Of a DNA stretch of 40,332 nucleotides, positions 1-8,872 are shown piece by piece. The stretch spans positions 1 to 40,332 of the forward strand of contig CAYIIM010000002.1 in NCBI GenBank assembly GCA_964363455.1, read 5' to 3'. A model generated the notes under the pieces. That model saw only the letters and a list, made by a program, of their open reading frames with translations. It was not told the DNA's origin and ran no database searches. How positions within the stretch are numbered: the first letter of the stretch is position 1; every line of letters starts with the position of its first letter. The position numbers and the translations under genes are program-made. The stretch comes from an uncultured Candidatus Saccharibacteria bacterium. Its GTDB lineage: Bacteria; Patescibacteriota; Minisyncoccia; UBA6257; 2-01-FULL-56-20.

Positions 1-246
1 CCAAATCTTTTTGAAAAAAGACACCGAAATTGTCGAAAGCAGAAACCCTACGGTTGGCACCACGGCATTGGCAAATGGCTCCGGCAAATCCGCACCGAAG
101 AAGAAAATCACAATCACCCCATACGTCAAAACCGCAATCAAAATCCGCCGAAACCAACTCGTCTCCCAAGCCTTGTCCACCTCCACCCGCCGATTCCTCT
201 CTTTGATTTTCTCAAGCTCCGCTTTTAGTTCTTGAATCTCGTTCAT
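1..246 (-). CDS. small membrane protein (N-terminal coiled coil, then hydrophobic helices); 3-prime end runs off the window
   Basis: Absent from the ORF track because there is no stop in the window. ATG at 244-246 on the minus strand reads MNEIQELKAELEKIKERNRRVEVDKAWETSWFRRILIAVLTYGVIVIFFFGADLPEPFANAVVPTVGFLLSTISVSFFKKIW, open to position 1. It starts 2 nt after the fic stop. Confidence 0.55.
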   Translation of the reverse strand, partial: MNEIQELKAELEKIKERNRRVEVDKAWETSWFRRILIAVLTYGVIVIFFFGADLPEPFANAVVPTVGFLLSTISVSFFKKIW

Positions 247-248
247 AG

Positions 249-1400
249 TTATTTTTCACCGTCGCTAAACAAACTAACATACTTGCCATAGATATATGAC
301 TGGCCGTATTTTTTGTCCTTATCTTTTGGAGAAAGTATCTTCAGCTCTATAAACCGGTCAATGACAGCTTGCGCCCCGGCTCGAGTAAAACCTGTCCACT
401 CCTGCGCCACCGCAACATTTACCACCGGTTGACCATAAAGTCTTGGTAAAACCTTAACAGCGCTTTCAGATGCTCGCTTACCCAATGCCTGCACCTTTTC
501 CATGTCATTCTGGCGAAGAATCGTAATTTTGCCAACAATGTCGATGGCTTCATTTGCGATCTCAATTACTCCGTCTAAAAAGAAATCTATCCATGCATCT
601 ACCAATCCGTTGTGGTAACCAAATAATCTCTCGTAATACAACTGTTGGTGTTTCTTAAAATACGAAGAAAGAAAAAGTACGGGCTTTTCGAGAAATTTCT
701 CTTTCCACAAGTAGAATGTAATCAACATACGCCCTGTTCGGCCGTTTCCATCTAAGAATGGATGGATGGTTTCAAGTTGCGCATGCAAAAGCCCTGCTTT
801 GATAACAGTTAGCGTAGCGTCCTTGCTGTGCATGTAGTTCTCAAGATCCGTAAGCGCTTTTTGCATATCTTCTACTGGTGGCGGGACAAACCTCGCGTTA
901 TCAGGTCGAGTGCCACCAATCCAGTTTTGAGATTTTCGAAATTCGCCAGGATCAGAAAAATGCGTGGCTCGCGCTTTATGCATAAGTTTTTCGTGCAATT
1001 CTCGTATGAACCGTAAAGTCAGCGGGAAGTCGTCTGCCACGACACGCTTCATGCCATAATTAAGTGCCCGAATGTAATGCAAAATATCATCCACGTCTTC
1101 AGGTATGTTGGCATTTACTTTTACCTCCGCCTCGATAGCATCAATCATAGTTGCCATCGTTCCTTCAATTTGGCTGGAAGACGCCGCATCTTTACGCAGA
1201 TACATAAGCAAGAAAAAATCCGAGTCTGGTAATAGCTTCGTAATGCCATCCAACTTCCCAAGAAGCCTTGTTGCTTCATCATTTTTCCTGAGAATTTCCG
1301 GACTAAAATCAAAGCCTGCCTTTAGCGGAAAAGGATTTGGAATAAAGGCTTTAAAGCCTTTTGGTTGTTGTTTATAGGTACCAATTTCTAATTTTCTCAT
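249..1400 (-). CDS. fic: Fic family protein (AMPylase-type, class II with an intramolecular inhibitory helix)
   Basis: ORF 249..1454 trimmed to the ATG at 1398-1400 (MRKLEIGTYKQQ). Carries the Fic motif HPFLDGNGRTGR, the upstream inhibitory motif SSQIEG ([ST]xxxE[GN]), and a winged-helix-like C-terminal tail. Confidence 0.9.
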   Translation of the reverse strand: MRKLEIGTYKQQPKGFKAFIPNPFPLKAGFDFSPEILRKNDEATRLLGKLDGITKLLPDSDFFLLMYLRKDAASSSQIEGTMATMIDAIEAEVKVNANIPEDVDDILHYIRALNYGMKRVVADDFPLTLRFIRELHEKLMHKARATHFSDPGEFRKSQNWIGGTRPDNARFVPPPVEDMQKALTDLENYMHSKDATLTVIKAGLLHAQLETIHPFLDGNGRTGRMLITFYLWKEKFLEKPVLFLSSYFKKHQQLYYERLFGYHNGLVDAWIDFFLDGVIEIANEAIDIVGKITILRQNDMEKVQALGKRASESAVKVLPRLYGQPVVNVAVAQEWTGFTRAGAQAVIDRFIELKILSPKDKDKKYGQSYIYGKYVSLFSDGEK

Positions 1401-1424
1401 AGTTTGTTTACATCTATTTATGAA

Positions 1425-1476
1425 TGTATACAAAGTATATAGGTTTGTATACAACTAGTCAAGCAATGTATACAAA
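1425..1476 (-). promoter_or_regulatory. fic promoter (-35 TTGACT 1457-1462, 17-bp spacer, -10 TATACT 1434-1439) overlaid by three TGTATACAA operator-like palindromes
   Basis: TGTATACAA starts at 1425, 1446 and 1467, exactly 21 bp apart. The middle copy is the full 10-bp palindrome TTGTATACAA. Confidence 0.6.
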
Positions 1477-1579
1477 GCCCACCCAAATCTTTTCTATTCG
1501 CATAAACGTGAAAAATAGTAAAAAAACGTCAATTTTCACGCTTTTGGCCATAGTTTTCACTTCAACTCCTTGATCTCGT

Positions 1580-2008
1580 TCATTTTTCAAATTCATTTAA
1601 CATTTCATCAACCTCGGTAAGTTCCTCGTCGCAACCCGGAAACTTAATCGTGGTTATGGTACTGTCTAAGTAAATCTTGTAGGTAGTAGAAACGTCTATC
1701 ACTTGACCTCCTTCGCATTCCTTGCCGATAACACCAGAGTTTCTAATAGCTTCAACAAATCTCTCAACATTCTCCGCTCCGATATTTTTCTCCCCAGCAT
1801 CCTTCCCTTCAACCACAAACACTCCATTTGAATAAAGATAAATATGTTGACCACATTCATCCCCGCTCTCACACGGCCCCCAACCCGAAGATTTTTCGAA
1901 AATCAGCGTGGCACTAGAGTAGTCAACTTTCAGCCCACCGCCGGCAACAAACAGATAAGCCCCGATGGATACCACAACCACCAACCCAACAACAAGTGTT
2001 TTATTCAT
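1580..2008 (-). CDS. hypothetical exported or membrane-anchored protein
   Basis: 142-aa ORF with an N-terminal hydrophobic helix (LVVGLVVVVSIGAYLFVAGG) and several Cys residues. No family recognised. Confidence 0.6.
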   Translation of the reverse strand: MNKTLVVGLVVVVSIGAYLFVAGGGLKVDYSSATLIFEKSSGWGPCESGDECGQHIYLYSNGVFVVEGKDAGEKNIGAENVERFVEAIRNSGVIGKECEGGQVIDVSTTYKIYLDSTITTIKFPGCDEELTEVDEMLNEFEK

Positions 2009-2047
2009 AGGTTTAATATACCAATATTTACCTATAAAATATAACTA

Positions 2048-2078
2048 TTGACATACATAAACCGCAAGGTATTATAAT
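2048..2078 (+). promoter_or_regulatory. consensus-like sigma70 promoter with no protein gene downstream
   Basis: TTGACA at 2048-2053, a 16-nt spacer, then TATTAT at 2070-2075, which overlaps TATAAT at 2073-2078. Confidence 0.4.
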
Positions 2079-2097
2079 AGCATCACTATGAAAAAGA

Positions 2098-2137
2098 CCC
2101 TTGTGAGGTTCCGTCCTCACCGGGGGCTTTTTCTTTT
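2098..2137. terminator. bidirectional rho-independent terminator
   Basis: Stem CCCTTGTGAGG / CCTCACCGGGG (6 bp + mismatch + 4 bp), followed by GCTTTTTCTTTTT on the plus strand and TCTTTTT on the minus strand. Confidence 0.65.
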
Positions 2138-2637
2138 TAAGGTCTATACTGCATTTTAGATTTCTGGGTATCAAGATACACGATTGGAATATTCAACTTT
2201 CTTAGTAAGAAAGAACATCGATTACTTGGAGAAATTAGGGATTGGAACACACTTTTATCTTTGAGAAACTTTACCAAACTAGCATAATCACCAACGCTCG
2301 CAACGATAACTGCTTGATCAAAATTTTTTTCATAATAATCAACCGCGACTTTCAAAACAAGATCGGCATCACAATTTCCTTTTATCTTTCCAGCTCCATC
2401 ATAAGTAACTTCTTTATAAACTTAAACATAACCCATCTCTTGGAGTTTGGTATATAAATCTTTACTATCCGGAACTAAACCGATAAAAATATAAGCCGTC
2501 TTGATGCCGTATTTATCATGAAGCCATTTCCTAAAACGCCGGCAATCCAAATTCCAACCCAGCTCTTTTGTCCCTTTGTGCAAATTCGCTCCGTCAATGT
2601 AGGCAAAATTGTTCTCCTTTTTATCTAAATTAGACAT
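2137..2637 (-). pseudogene. NYN (LabA-like, PIN-related) domain protein interrupted by one in-frame TAA
   Basis: ORFs 2422..2637 and 2137..2355 are in the same frame (501 nt = 167 codons). Read through the TAA at 2422-2424, the sequence is ...LQEMGYV*VYKEVTYDGAGKIKGNCDADLVLKVAVDYYEK..., a continuous NYN-like sequence. Confidence 0.65.
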
Positions 2638-2642
2638 GTTAT

Positions 2643-3227
2643 CTAATTACTAATCTCCAAAACCGCCGCTAAGACGCTTGGTAATTCAAAACAGTGATCG
2701 TCTCCGCCGCTGAAGTGTCCCTGGGCATTTTCAATCACAATCTTCGCCCCCAACTGATCCCGAAAATCATCCTGATTATCAAGCGGCACAAACGGATCGT
2801 TGTCCGAAAAAATCGCCACGGACTTTGGTAAATGCGACTTCACTCTGACTAAATCCAGCGGCGCCCCCAGCCAATGTTTATCGGTTGCCTGCACATCCGC
2901 ATCATCTTCCAATCCCGTTAGTCTTTTGAAAAATCCCGCCACAAAAACGGCGGCTCCGACTTGCTGCCCTTCGGGCAGGGATTCCAAATACCGTGCAATT
3001 GTCTGGCACCCCATACTATGCCCCACAAAAAAAGTGTCCGTGTCCGCCTCTCCCACCGCCCCAGCCAAGGCCGGCACCCAATTAAAAATCCGCGGACTCT
3101 TCGTCTCCGGTAGTTGCGGCACGAACACCTGAAATCCTTTGGCCTCCAACTCCTTTTTGAGCCACGGAAACCACCCCTCCTCCGGGTGCCCATCCCAACC
3201 GTGAACAATAAAAACCCGTTTTGCCAT
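2643..3227 (-). CDS. alpha/beta serine hydrolase, YdeN/RBBP9 family
   Basis: RVFIVHGWDGHPEEGWFPWLKKEL N-terminus, GHSMG nucleophile elbow, SDNDPFVP and GHF as candidate Asp and His of the triad. 194 aa. Confidence 0.85.
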   Translation of the reverse strand: MAKRVFIVHGWDGHPEEGWFPWLKKELEAKGFQVFVPQLPETKSPRIFNWVPALAGAVGEADTDTFFVGHSMGCQTIARYLESLPEGQQVGAAVFVAGFFKRLTGLEDDADVQATDKHWLGAPLDLVRVKSHLPKSVAIFSDNDPFVPLDNQDDFRDQLGAKIVIENAQGHFSGGDDHCFELPSVLAAVLEISN

Positions 3228-3267
3228 ATGGGTTAAATATATCTCAAAACCGATTGGCTATCAAAAC

Positions 3268-3678
3268 CTACTTCACCTTTTTATACATTCTCAAAAACAA
3301 CCACTCCATCCCCTGCTGAACTAAAATTGCCACGACAACGACAAAAAACTGCAACGCCTGATCCATCTCTCCACGTAAAAATAAGTAAATCCCAATTGGG
3401 ATCACGTAGTAGAAAAGGATTTCTAAAATCCGATTTTTCTGACCCTTAACCAACTTCTCCTCAATCAACCTTGCGGCGTAGTAAAAGAGGAAAACAAAAA
3501 CCAAAAAGATCGCCGCAAAAAACAAGCTCGGAACAATTAAAAGTAAATTATCTTTCGCAAAATCCACCACCATCATCACAATCGTCTCAATGGCGTACTG
3601 TGTAAACAAAAAATAAAACGCCCCGATCAAAAACGCCGGAATCAGTAAAAACTTATGCGCCACTCTGACTTCATCCAT
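3268..3678 (-). CDS. hypothetical integral membrane protein
   Basis: 136-aa ORF with about 4 hydrophobic helices. No recognisable family. Confidence 0.6.
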   Translation of the reverse strand: MDEVRVAHKFLLIPAFLIGAFYFLFTQYAIETIVMMVVDFAKDNLLLIVPSLFFAAIFLVFVFLFYYAARLIEEKLVKGQKNRILEILFYYVIPIGIYLFLRGEMDQALQFFVVVVAILVQQGMEWLFLRMYKKVK

Positions 3679-3706
3679 CCGTTGAATATATCACTAAACC
3701 AAAAAA

Positions 3707-4306
3707 CTAATTCGAAGCTCCTCCTACACCTTTTACGCCTCCTCCGCTTGGCAAAGTCACTTCAATAATTTTTCCCTTAACAAAATCTGCTCGCAAAGTC
3801 TTTCCTACCGACGGTGTCGCCGTCATCGGTTCATCCGCGCCCCTATCCGCGTAATTCGCAATCACCCCTCCGCCAGAAATTTGCACATTCTGCGGCGCCA
3901 CTCGATCCCCGAGTAAAAGCGCATTGGTTCCTTCATAACTTCCGTCTTCATTAATCGTCGCCGCTACGTAATAAAAAGTTCCTGTTCCGCCTGGCTCTTG
4001 TTTGATCAACACTCCCGCGTCTTCATCGCCATCACCATCAATATCGCCATAAACCGGTTCGCCAAAAATCTCGGTCGCGATAATCGTCGCCGAACCTTCT
4101 TCAATCGGCATCTCCGATCGGCCATTAGTTAAAGTAATCGTCACCCCCTCCACTTCATAGCTGGCGTTAAGCGGATCCGCCGCCGCCACTTCTTCGGTTT
4201 TATCTTTTCGATAAAGCTTTTCTATCTCCGGTTCAAACTGCGAAAAAAACCAAATCCCGCCGACCAAAACCGCCACTATTAATAAAAATAATAAGAATTT
4301 AGACAT
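3707..4306 (-). CDS. hypothetical secreted or anchored protein
   Basis: 199-aa ORF with an N-terminal TM or signal (FLLFLLIVAVLVGGIWFF) and an Asp/Gly-rich DIDGDGDEDAG segment. Confidence 0.6.
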   Translation of the reverse strand: MSKFLLFLLIVAVLVGGIWFFSQFEPEIEKLYRKDKTEEVAAADPLNASYEVEGVTITLTNGRSEMPIEEGSATIIATEIFGEPVYGDIDGDGDEDAGVLIKQEPGGTGTFYYVAATINEDGSYEGTNALLLGDRVAPQNVQISGGGVIANYADRGADEPMTATPSVGKTLRADFVKGKIIEVTLPSGGGVKGVGGASN

Positions 4307-4339
4307 ACCTATATATTAAAACTATCACTTTAATAAAGC

Positions 4340-4381
4340 AAAAAAAAGAATGGGCCAAGTACAATCAAGTACAGGGCCCAT
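4340..4381 (-). terminator. rho-independent terminator
   Basis: Stem ATGGGCC / GGCCCAT (4350-4381), followed on the minus strand by TCTTTTTTTT. Lies just downstream of the 4404 stop. Confidence 0.65.
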
Positions 4382-4403
4382 GCGTGAATCACGTCTTTTG
4401 GAT

Positions 4404-4871
4404 CTAGACTACTTCTACAGCGACCTCGCCGCTACGCACTTCCGGAAACCGTTCGGCGAAACGTATCGGCGACGCCGACACAACCAACGTCTCCGGATCC
4501 TGGAAAATACCCACGATCTTCTGAGGGAGATTCGCTCCCCCCTTAAGAAGAAAATGAAAATGCGACTCAAGTGAGATCGCGCTTAAATCCGGATCATCAC
4601 TCAGAATCAGAATGTGATTGCGCGGCCAATCACTTTGATCAACCAAGGCGAAAGCGAAATGCAAGTTAAGATCTCGCGGTGATTCGGCGGCCACTATCAC
4701 CAAGTGGGTTTCCGGCCGAGCCTTTTCATCTCTTAGATCAAAATAAAAAGCTTTGTCCGCCTGAGCCGGCGTGGCCGCTGAAACCACCTCGATTCCAGCC
4801 GCTTCAAGATCTGCCACCAAAAAAGAGGAAAATCCTGGATCTCGATCAAGGCAAATTACTTTCTTCTTCAT
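4404..4871 (-). CDS. hypothetical protein (possible CheY-like or pseudo-receiver fold, weak)
   Basis: ORF 4404..5153 trimmed to the ATG at 4869-4871 (MKKKVICLDRDPGF), which is preceded by GGAGGG 7 nt upstream. The longer version would overlap the plus-strand gene at 5086. Confidence 0.55.
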   Translation of the reverse strand: MKKKVICLDRDPGFSSFLVADLEAAGIEVVSAATPAQADKAFYFDLRDEKARPETHLVIVAAESPRDLNLHFAFALVDQSDWPRNHILILSDDPDLSAISLESHFHFLLKGGANLPQKIVGIFQDPETLVVSASPIRFAERFPEVRSGEVAVEVV

Positions 4872-5085
4872 GAACCAACCCTCCAAAAAAACGTGAAATG
4901 TTATTGGCTCAGCCAAACCCCCTGTCTGACCGAACGTAAAGAAAATTCTATTAGTATATACCCATTCTGTCAACCAGGCAGTGACCAGGCCTGAATTTGC
5001 TACAATAAATACACGTGCCCCGTTAGACATTAACCAAACTGATAAGTCATAAAAAAATCTTCCAAGCAACCAAAGTAATATAAAC

Positions 5086-5640
5086 ATGAACACTGACACT
5101 GAAAAAATGTCTAATGGGGTGAACAAAAAATACATCCTCTCCTTCGTCGGCATCCTAGTTCTATCTGGAATCTTTCTAATCGCTTCTAAAAATCCTCCCC
5201 CACCCGAGATTAACGAACTAGATGGCTGGCAAACCTACATCAGCAACGAACTCGGCCTGGAATTCCAGTATCCCGAAAACTTTTTTTATCAAACCCCTGC
5301 CACTCTCACTCTCGACTGCCAGACCGCCGCTCTTCCCGGCAACTGCCCCGAAGTAAAAAATGAAAATTTTACCTCTCAAAACAAAGCTTCAATCGGCGGC
5401 AAAACTTACTGCGTCCAAATCGAAGCTGATGCCGCCGCCGGGTCTAGATATGATAAATCAAACTTTAATATCCAAAACGATCAAGGCTGCTTCGCCCTTG
5501 AACTCGTCGTCCGCACCACCAACTGCGGAGTCTATGGCGAACCAGAAAATCCTGATTATCAAAACTGCGAAAAAGAAAACGCCGCCAAACCCGCGACTTT
5601 TGGAAAAATCCTCGACACCTTCAAGAACCTCGCTCCATAA
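5086..5640 (+). CDS. hypothetical secreted or anchored protein
   Basis: 184-aa ORF with an N-terminal TM (ILSFVGILVLSGIFLIAS) and several Cys residues. Followed by a terminator. Confidence 0.6.
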   Translation: MNTDTEKMSNGVNKKYILSFVGILVLSGIFLIASKNPPPPEINELDGWQTYISNELGLEFQYPENFFYQTPATLTLDCQTAALPGNCPEVKNENFTSQNKASIGGKTYCVQIEADAAAGSRYDKSNFNIQNDQGCFALELVVRTTNCGVYGEPENPDYQNCEKENAAKPATFGKILDTFKNLAP

Positions 5641-5662
5641 TTCAATTCGAAAAAATAAAACA

Positions 5663-5688
5663 CCGCTTACCCTCGAAAGAGTAAGCGG
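5663..5688. terminator. bidirectional terminator hairpin between convergent genes
   Basis: CCGCTTAC - 10-nt loop - GTAAGCGG, flanked by A-rich and T-rich sequence. Confidence 0.55.
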
Positions 5689-5689
5689 C

Positions 5690-6604
5690 TTATTGCACGA
5701 GCTCCCTGGCCCGTTTCTTTTCTTCATCTTCAAGAAACTTCACCGTCCTTCTAGCCCGGCGTTTTCTTTGAATCTCGTCAGTCACACCGTCAAGCCAACG
5801 AACTGGCCAAATCGGAATTGGCTTTTTGAATTGCGCCGGATCATACACATCGCCCGTCACAAATAGGGTTTTCAGAATTACCCGCGTACGAGTCATCCAG
5901 TCAAAAAGAGCATCTCCGGAAATTCCCTCGTTACAACCGTCGATAGCATGATGACCAAGGTGATGACCATATCGCCTTGTCCAAAACTTGCCCCAACGTG
6001 GATGGTTAATCTTCGGCAACCACCAGCTCAGCGGCAAGTGATAGATGTAGTGAAAAACTTCGTAAAGCGTCAGAGAAATCGCCAATGACCCGTACCCCGC
6101 AAAAAACCACGGGAAAAATGGCAGCAACCACTCAAGCAGACATAAAATCGGAGTCAGTACCCCGGCAAACACTAGCAGTGAGTACCACGGAAAAATTGAC
6201 GCCTCTTTTTGCTCCTCTCGTGTGATTGGGTAATCGTTAACCAACACCAAAATCCCTCGCCCACTTCCGTCGTTCATTTTCGTAACCGAGATCCGCGTTA
6301 GTGGATGATGGATTTTATGATGAGCCTCATAAAGCGATCCCAAAAAAGGAATCACTTCTTTGTGGAGAATATATCGATGAAATATCTTCTCCAAAAGACT
6401 ATTCCCCACCCAACCTATCACGATCGTCACGAAGAACTTCGCTCCAAACCATGCTAAGCTTCTTGAAACCTGCGCATCCCAAACCGATTTGGGAGCCACA
6501 AAGTAGAAAGCTGAGTAAATTACAGTCAGACTCAGAACAACTGTTATTGCAAAGATTGGCCCGGAGAATCCCGTGGCCACTTTGTCTTTAGAAACCTTAG
6601 ACAT
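5690..6604 (-). CDS. membrane di-iron fatty-acid hydroxylase/desaturase superfamily protein (His-box)
   Basis: His boxes HHKIHH, HYIYH and HHLGHH within a polytopic membrane ORF. Start trimmed to the ATG at 6602-6604 (MSKVSKDK). Confidence 0.6.
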   Translation of the reverse strand: MSKVSKDKVATGFSGPIFAITVVLSLTVIYSAFYFVAPKSVWDAQVSRSLAWFGAKFFVTIVIGWVGNSLLEKIFHRYILHKEVIPFLGSLYEAHHKIHHPLTRISVTKMNDGSGRGILVLVNDYPITREEQKEASIFPWYSLLVFAGVLTPILCLLEWLLPFFPWFFAGYGSLAISLTLYEVFHYIYHLPLSWWLPKINHPRWGKFWTRRYGHHLGHHAIDGCNEGISGDALFDWMTRTRVILKTLFVTGDVYDPAQFKKPIPIWPVRWLDGVTDEIQRKRRARRTVKFLEDEEKKRARELVQ

Positions 6605-6701
6605 GAGGCCGCCTCTCTGGGTTGAAAACCACCAATGGTAACGGAAAATCAAATTGCTAAAAGTAAATATACCACTTTCCCTTCTAGCTTCCTAATTAAA
6701 A

Positions 6702-7607
6702 CTAATCAAAAATATTAATCAAAAACTCATCAATATCCCGCTGAGGCAGGTCGTAGAAAAATTTCCCTTCGTCGTGCAGTTTCGTCGCCAGCGCCACGCC
6801 CACAAATCGCCAGTGCCACGGCTCAAATTGATAGTAGGCGTTATTCGGCGGATACGAAAGCACAAATCCATACTTGTGCGCATTGTCCTGCAACCACTTA
6901 TACGCCTTCGTCTCTTCAAACCCATCAAAAATCGCTTTGATCTCAGGCGTTGTAAAATCAACCGTCGTCCCAAGCTGATGCTCTGAATAGCCTTGATCCG
7001 CGGAAAATTGATTCGCTCCCGAGCCAAAAACCACTTTGTACCCCTGCTTCACAATCGCCTGCTCGCCAAACGATCGATATCCCGAAACCAACTCCAAGCC
7101 AATCCCATCTTTCTCCGCCGCCACCAGCATTTTTTCAAAATACGGAAAAACATTCGCAAAAAGTTCCTCCGGCCGATCTTTTTTCATTAAATATTTCGTC
7201 GGCACCTCAACAACCTGCTCCGGCGCATAATGCTCGCTAAGAAAATAAACCTTGGAATATTTCTGAAGCAATTCTTTATCCGTCCGCTGAAGTTTTTGAA
7301 GTACGCCCACCGTTCCGGTCAGTTCGCCCACCGCCCCCGAAAGACCCTGAACCTGATTGCCTAAAATCGTCGTTTTGGTTTTCTCTTCTTGAAGCGCTCC
7401 TGAAAGCTGCGCCTTGTCTCCTCGAAGCACCGCCAAATTTTTGTCCTTGATATTAAGCGCTAACTCCAGCCCGCTTACTCTTTCCTTTAATAATTTATTC
7501 CGCTCACTCAACTCCCACCCGCTGTAGCCAAGGTAAATCAAACCCATCGCGATCACAACCACGGCCCCCATCAATACCAGGTGTTCTTTTTTAAACCCGA
7601 GCCTCAT
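6702..7607 (-). CDS. M15 family D-alanyl-D-alanine carboxypeptidase (VanY-like) with N-terminal TM and coiled coil
   Basis: SGYRSFGEQ, SEHQLGTTVDF and EPWHWRF motifs (zinc ligands of the VanY/M15B type). Confidence 0.85.
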   Translation of the reverse strand: MRLGFKKEHLVLMGAVVVIAMGLIYLGYSGWELSERNKLLKERVSGLELALNIKDKNLAVLRGDKAQLSGALQEEKTKTTILGNQVQGLSGAVGELTGTVGVLQKLQRTDKELLQKYSKVYFLSEHYAPEQVVEVPTKYLMKKDRPEELFANVFPYFEKMLVAAEKDGIGLELVSGYRSFGEQAIVKQGYKVVFGSGANQFSADQGYSEHQLGTTVDFTTPEIKAIFDGFEETKAYKWLQDNAHKYGFVLSYPPNNAYYQFEPWHWRFVGVALATKLHDEGKFFYDLPQRDIDEFLINIFD

Positions 7608-7627
7608 AAATTTATTTTAGCACACCC

Positions 7628-8560
7628 CTACTCTATCTTTTCCTTTAAAATCTCCTTTGCTTCTGCCGCATTCAACTGCGCTACATTATACATCGCGAAA
7701 ATTAGTACGAACGCCGCAAAATATTGTGACGGCGCTAAGAATTTTTCGTAAACAAAAATATCAATCAAAACCGCCACCAAAGGGAAAGCCAACTCCAAAA
7801 TCGTTGCCACCTTCACCTGAGTGTGTTTCAAACCCTTGTAGTAAATCCAAAGCGCCACCATCCCAGTTGAAAGCGCGATCACTAAAAATCTCAAATACTG
7901 CCCACCACTCGGCGCGTTGAGCTCTGCGCTCACCCCCATCGCGTAAACAAACACTCCTGCCAAAACCGTTGTAATCCAAAACCGCAAACCCGTCACCAAG
8001 GTATTTGGTTGTTTAAAAAGCGTAAAGCGCGAAAACGCCGTCGAAGATCCCCAAGCAAAGGCCGCTCCGAGCGCAAAAAGCGCCGCGATGATCGTATCTC
8101 CCCCGGTTTTCAAATTCACGATTCCATTTTCAAATGTCATAAAAAAAGCCGCTAAAAACGCCAATGCCGCCCACATAAAATATTTTCGCGTCACCGTTTC
8201 TTTGAGCAATATCGCCGCCATCGCTACCGCAAAAATCGGCTGAAGTTTTTGAATTAAAAACACCACCGAAAAAGGAATGAATTGGGTTTTTAAAAGCGCA
8301 GTGGTAAACCAGAGTGTCCCCAACACCCCGCTTAAAATACTCACCCAAATAATCGCTCCCCACTCTTTTTTTGAAAACTTGATACTTTTTAAATATGGAA
8401 TCAAAAACGGCGCGATGATAATCGCTCCAAATAAATGCTCGTAAAAAACAATCACCATCGGCGGCAGAGAATACAAACTCCGCCGAATAATTCCGTCGAT
8501 CCCCCAAAGCACCGCCGCTAGAGCAATTAAATAAGGGCCAAATTTAAGGGCTTTGTTCAT
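7628..8560 (-). CDS. EamA/DMT family transporter
   Basis: 310 aa with about 10 TM helices in two EamA-like halves. Confidence 0.8.
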   Translation of the reverse strand: MNKALKFGPYLIALAAVLWGIDGIIRRSLYSLPPMVIVFYEHLFGAIIIAPFLIPYLKSIKFSKKEWGAIIWVSILSGVLGTLWFTTALLKTQFIPFSVVFLIQKLQPIFAVAMAAILLKETVTRKYFMWAALAFLAAFFMTFENGIVNLKTGGDTIIAALFALGAAFAWGSSTAFSRFTLFKQPNTLVTGLRFWITTVLAGVFVYAMGVSAELNAPSGGQYLRFLVIALSTGMVALWIYYKGLKHTQVKVATILELAFPLVAVLIDIFVYEKFLAPSQYFAAFVLIFAMYNVAQLNAAEAKEILKEKIE

Positions 8561-8572
8561 ATAAAAACTAAT

Positions 8573-8854
8573 CTACCCCTCCACCACCACTTCCCCTGAA
8601 AAAATTTCTTGCAATTGATATAAAGCGTCAAAACCATTTTGTTTAACCCATTGCGAAGATGTTTCAGTCGAAGCATCCGCTTCCGCCTTAGAATTAAACT
8701 TTAAAACCGAAACGATCATCTCCTCTTCTGTTTTAAGAACATTATAACTAACAAATCCTGCCATCTTCGAAACCACTAGTAGAAAAGAGTTTCGAGCGTT
8801 CTCAATTGATTTTTCAACATCCTCAGTCTTAAACTTTTTTATAACGATATACAT
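8573..8854 (-). CDS. hypothetical small protein (possibly an ABM-like ferredoxin fold)
   Basis: 93-aa ORF. The family call is a weak impression only. Confidence 0.45.
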   Translation of the reverse strand: MYIVIKKFKTEDVEKSIENARNSFLLVVSKMAGFVSYNVLKTEEEMIVSVLKFNSKAEADASTETSSQWVKQNGFDALYQLQEIFSGEVVVEG

Positions 8855-8872
8855 ATATATGTTTGGTTAAAT

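Noticed and set aside
4872-5153. N-terminal 94-aa extension of ORF 4404..5153. Similar 5-prime extensions occur in ORFs 249..1454, 12851..13777, 13623..14021, 9974..10474 and 11065..11439.
   Set aside because: The internal ATGs have good SD sequences and give family-typical N-termini. The extensions overlap divergent genes or promoter regions.
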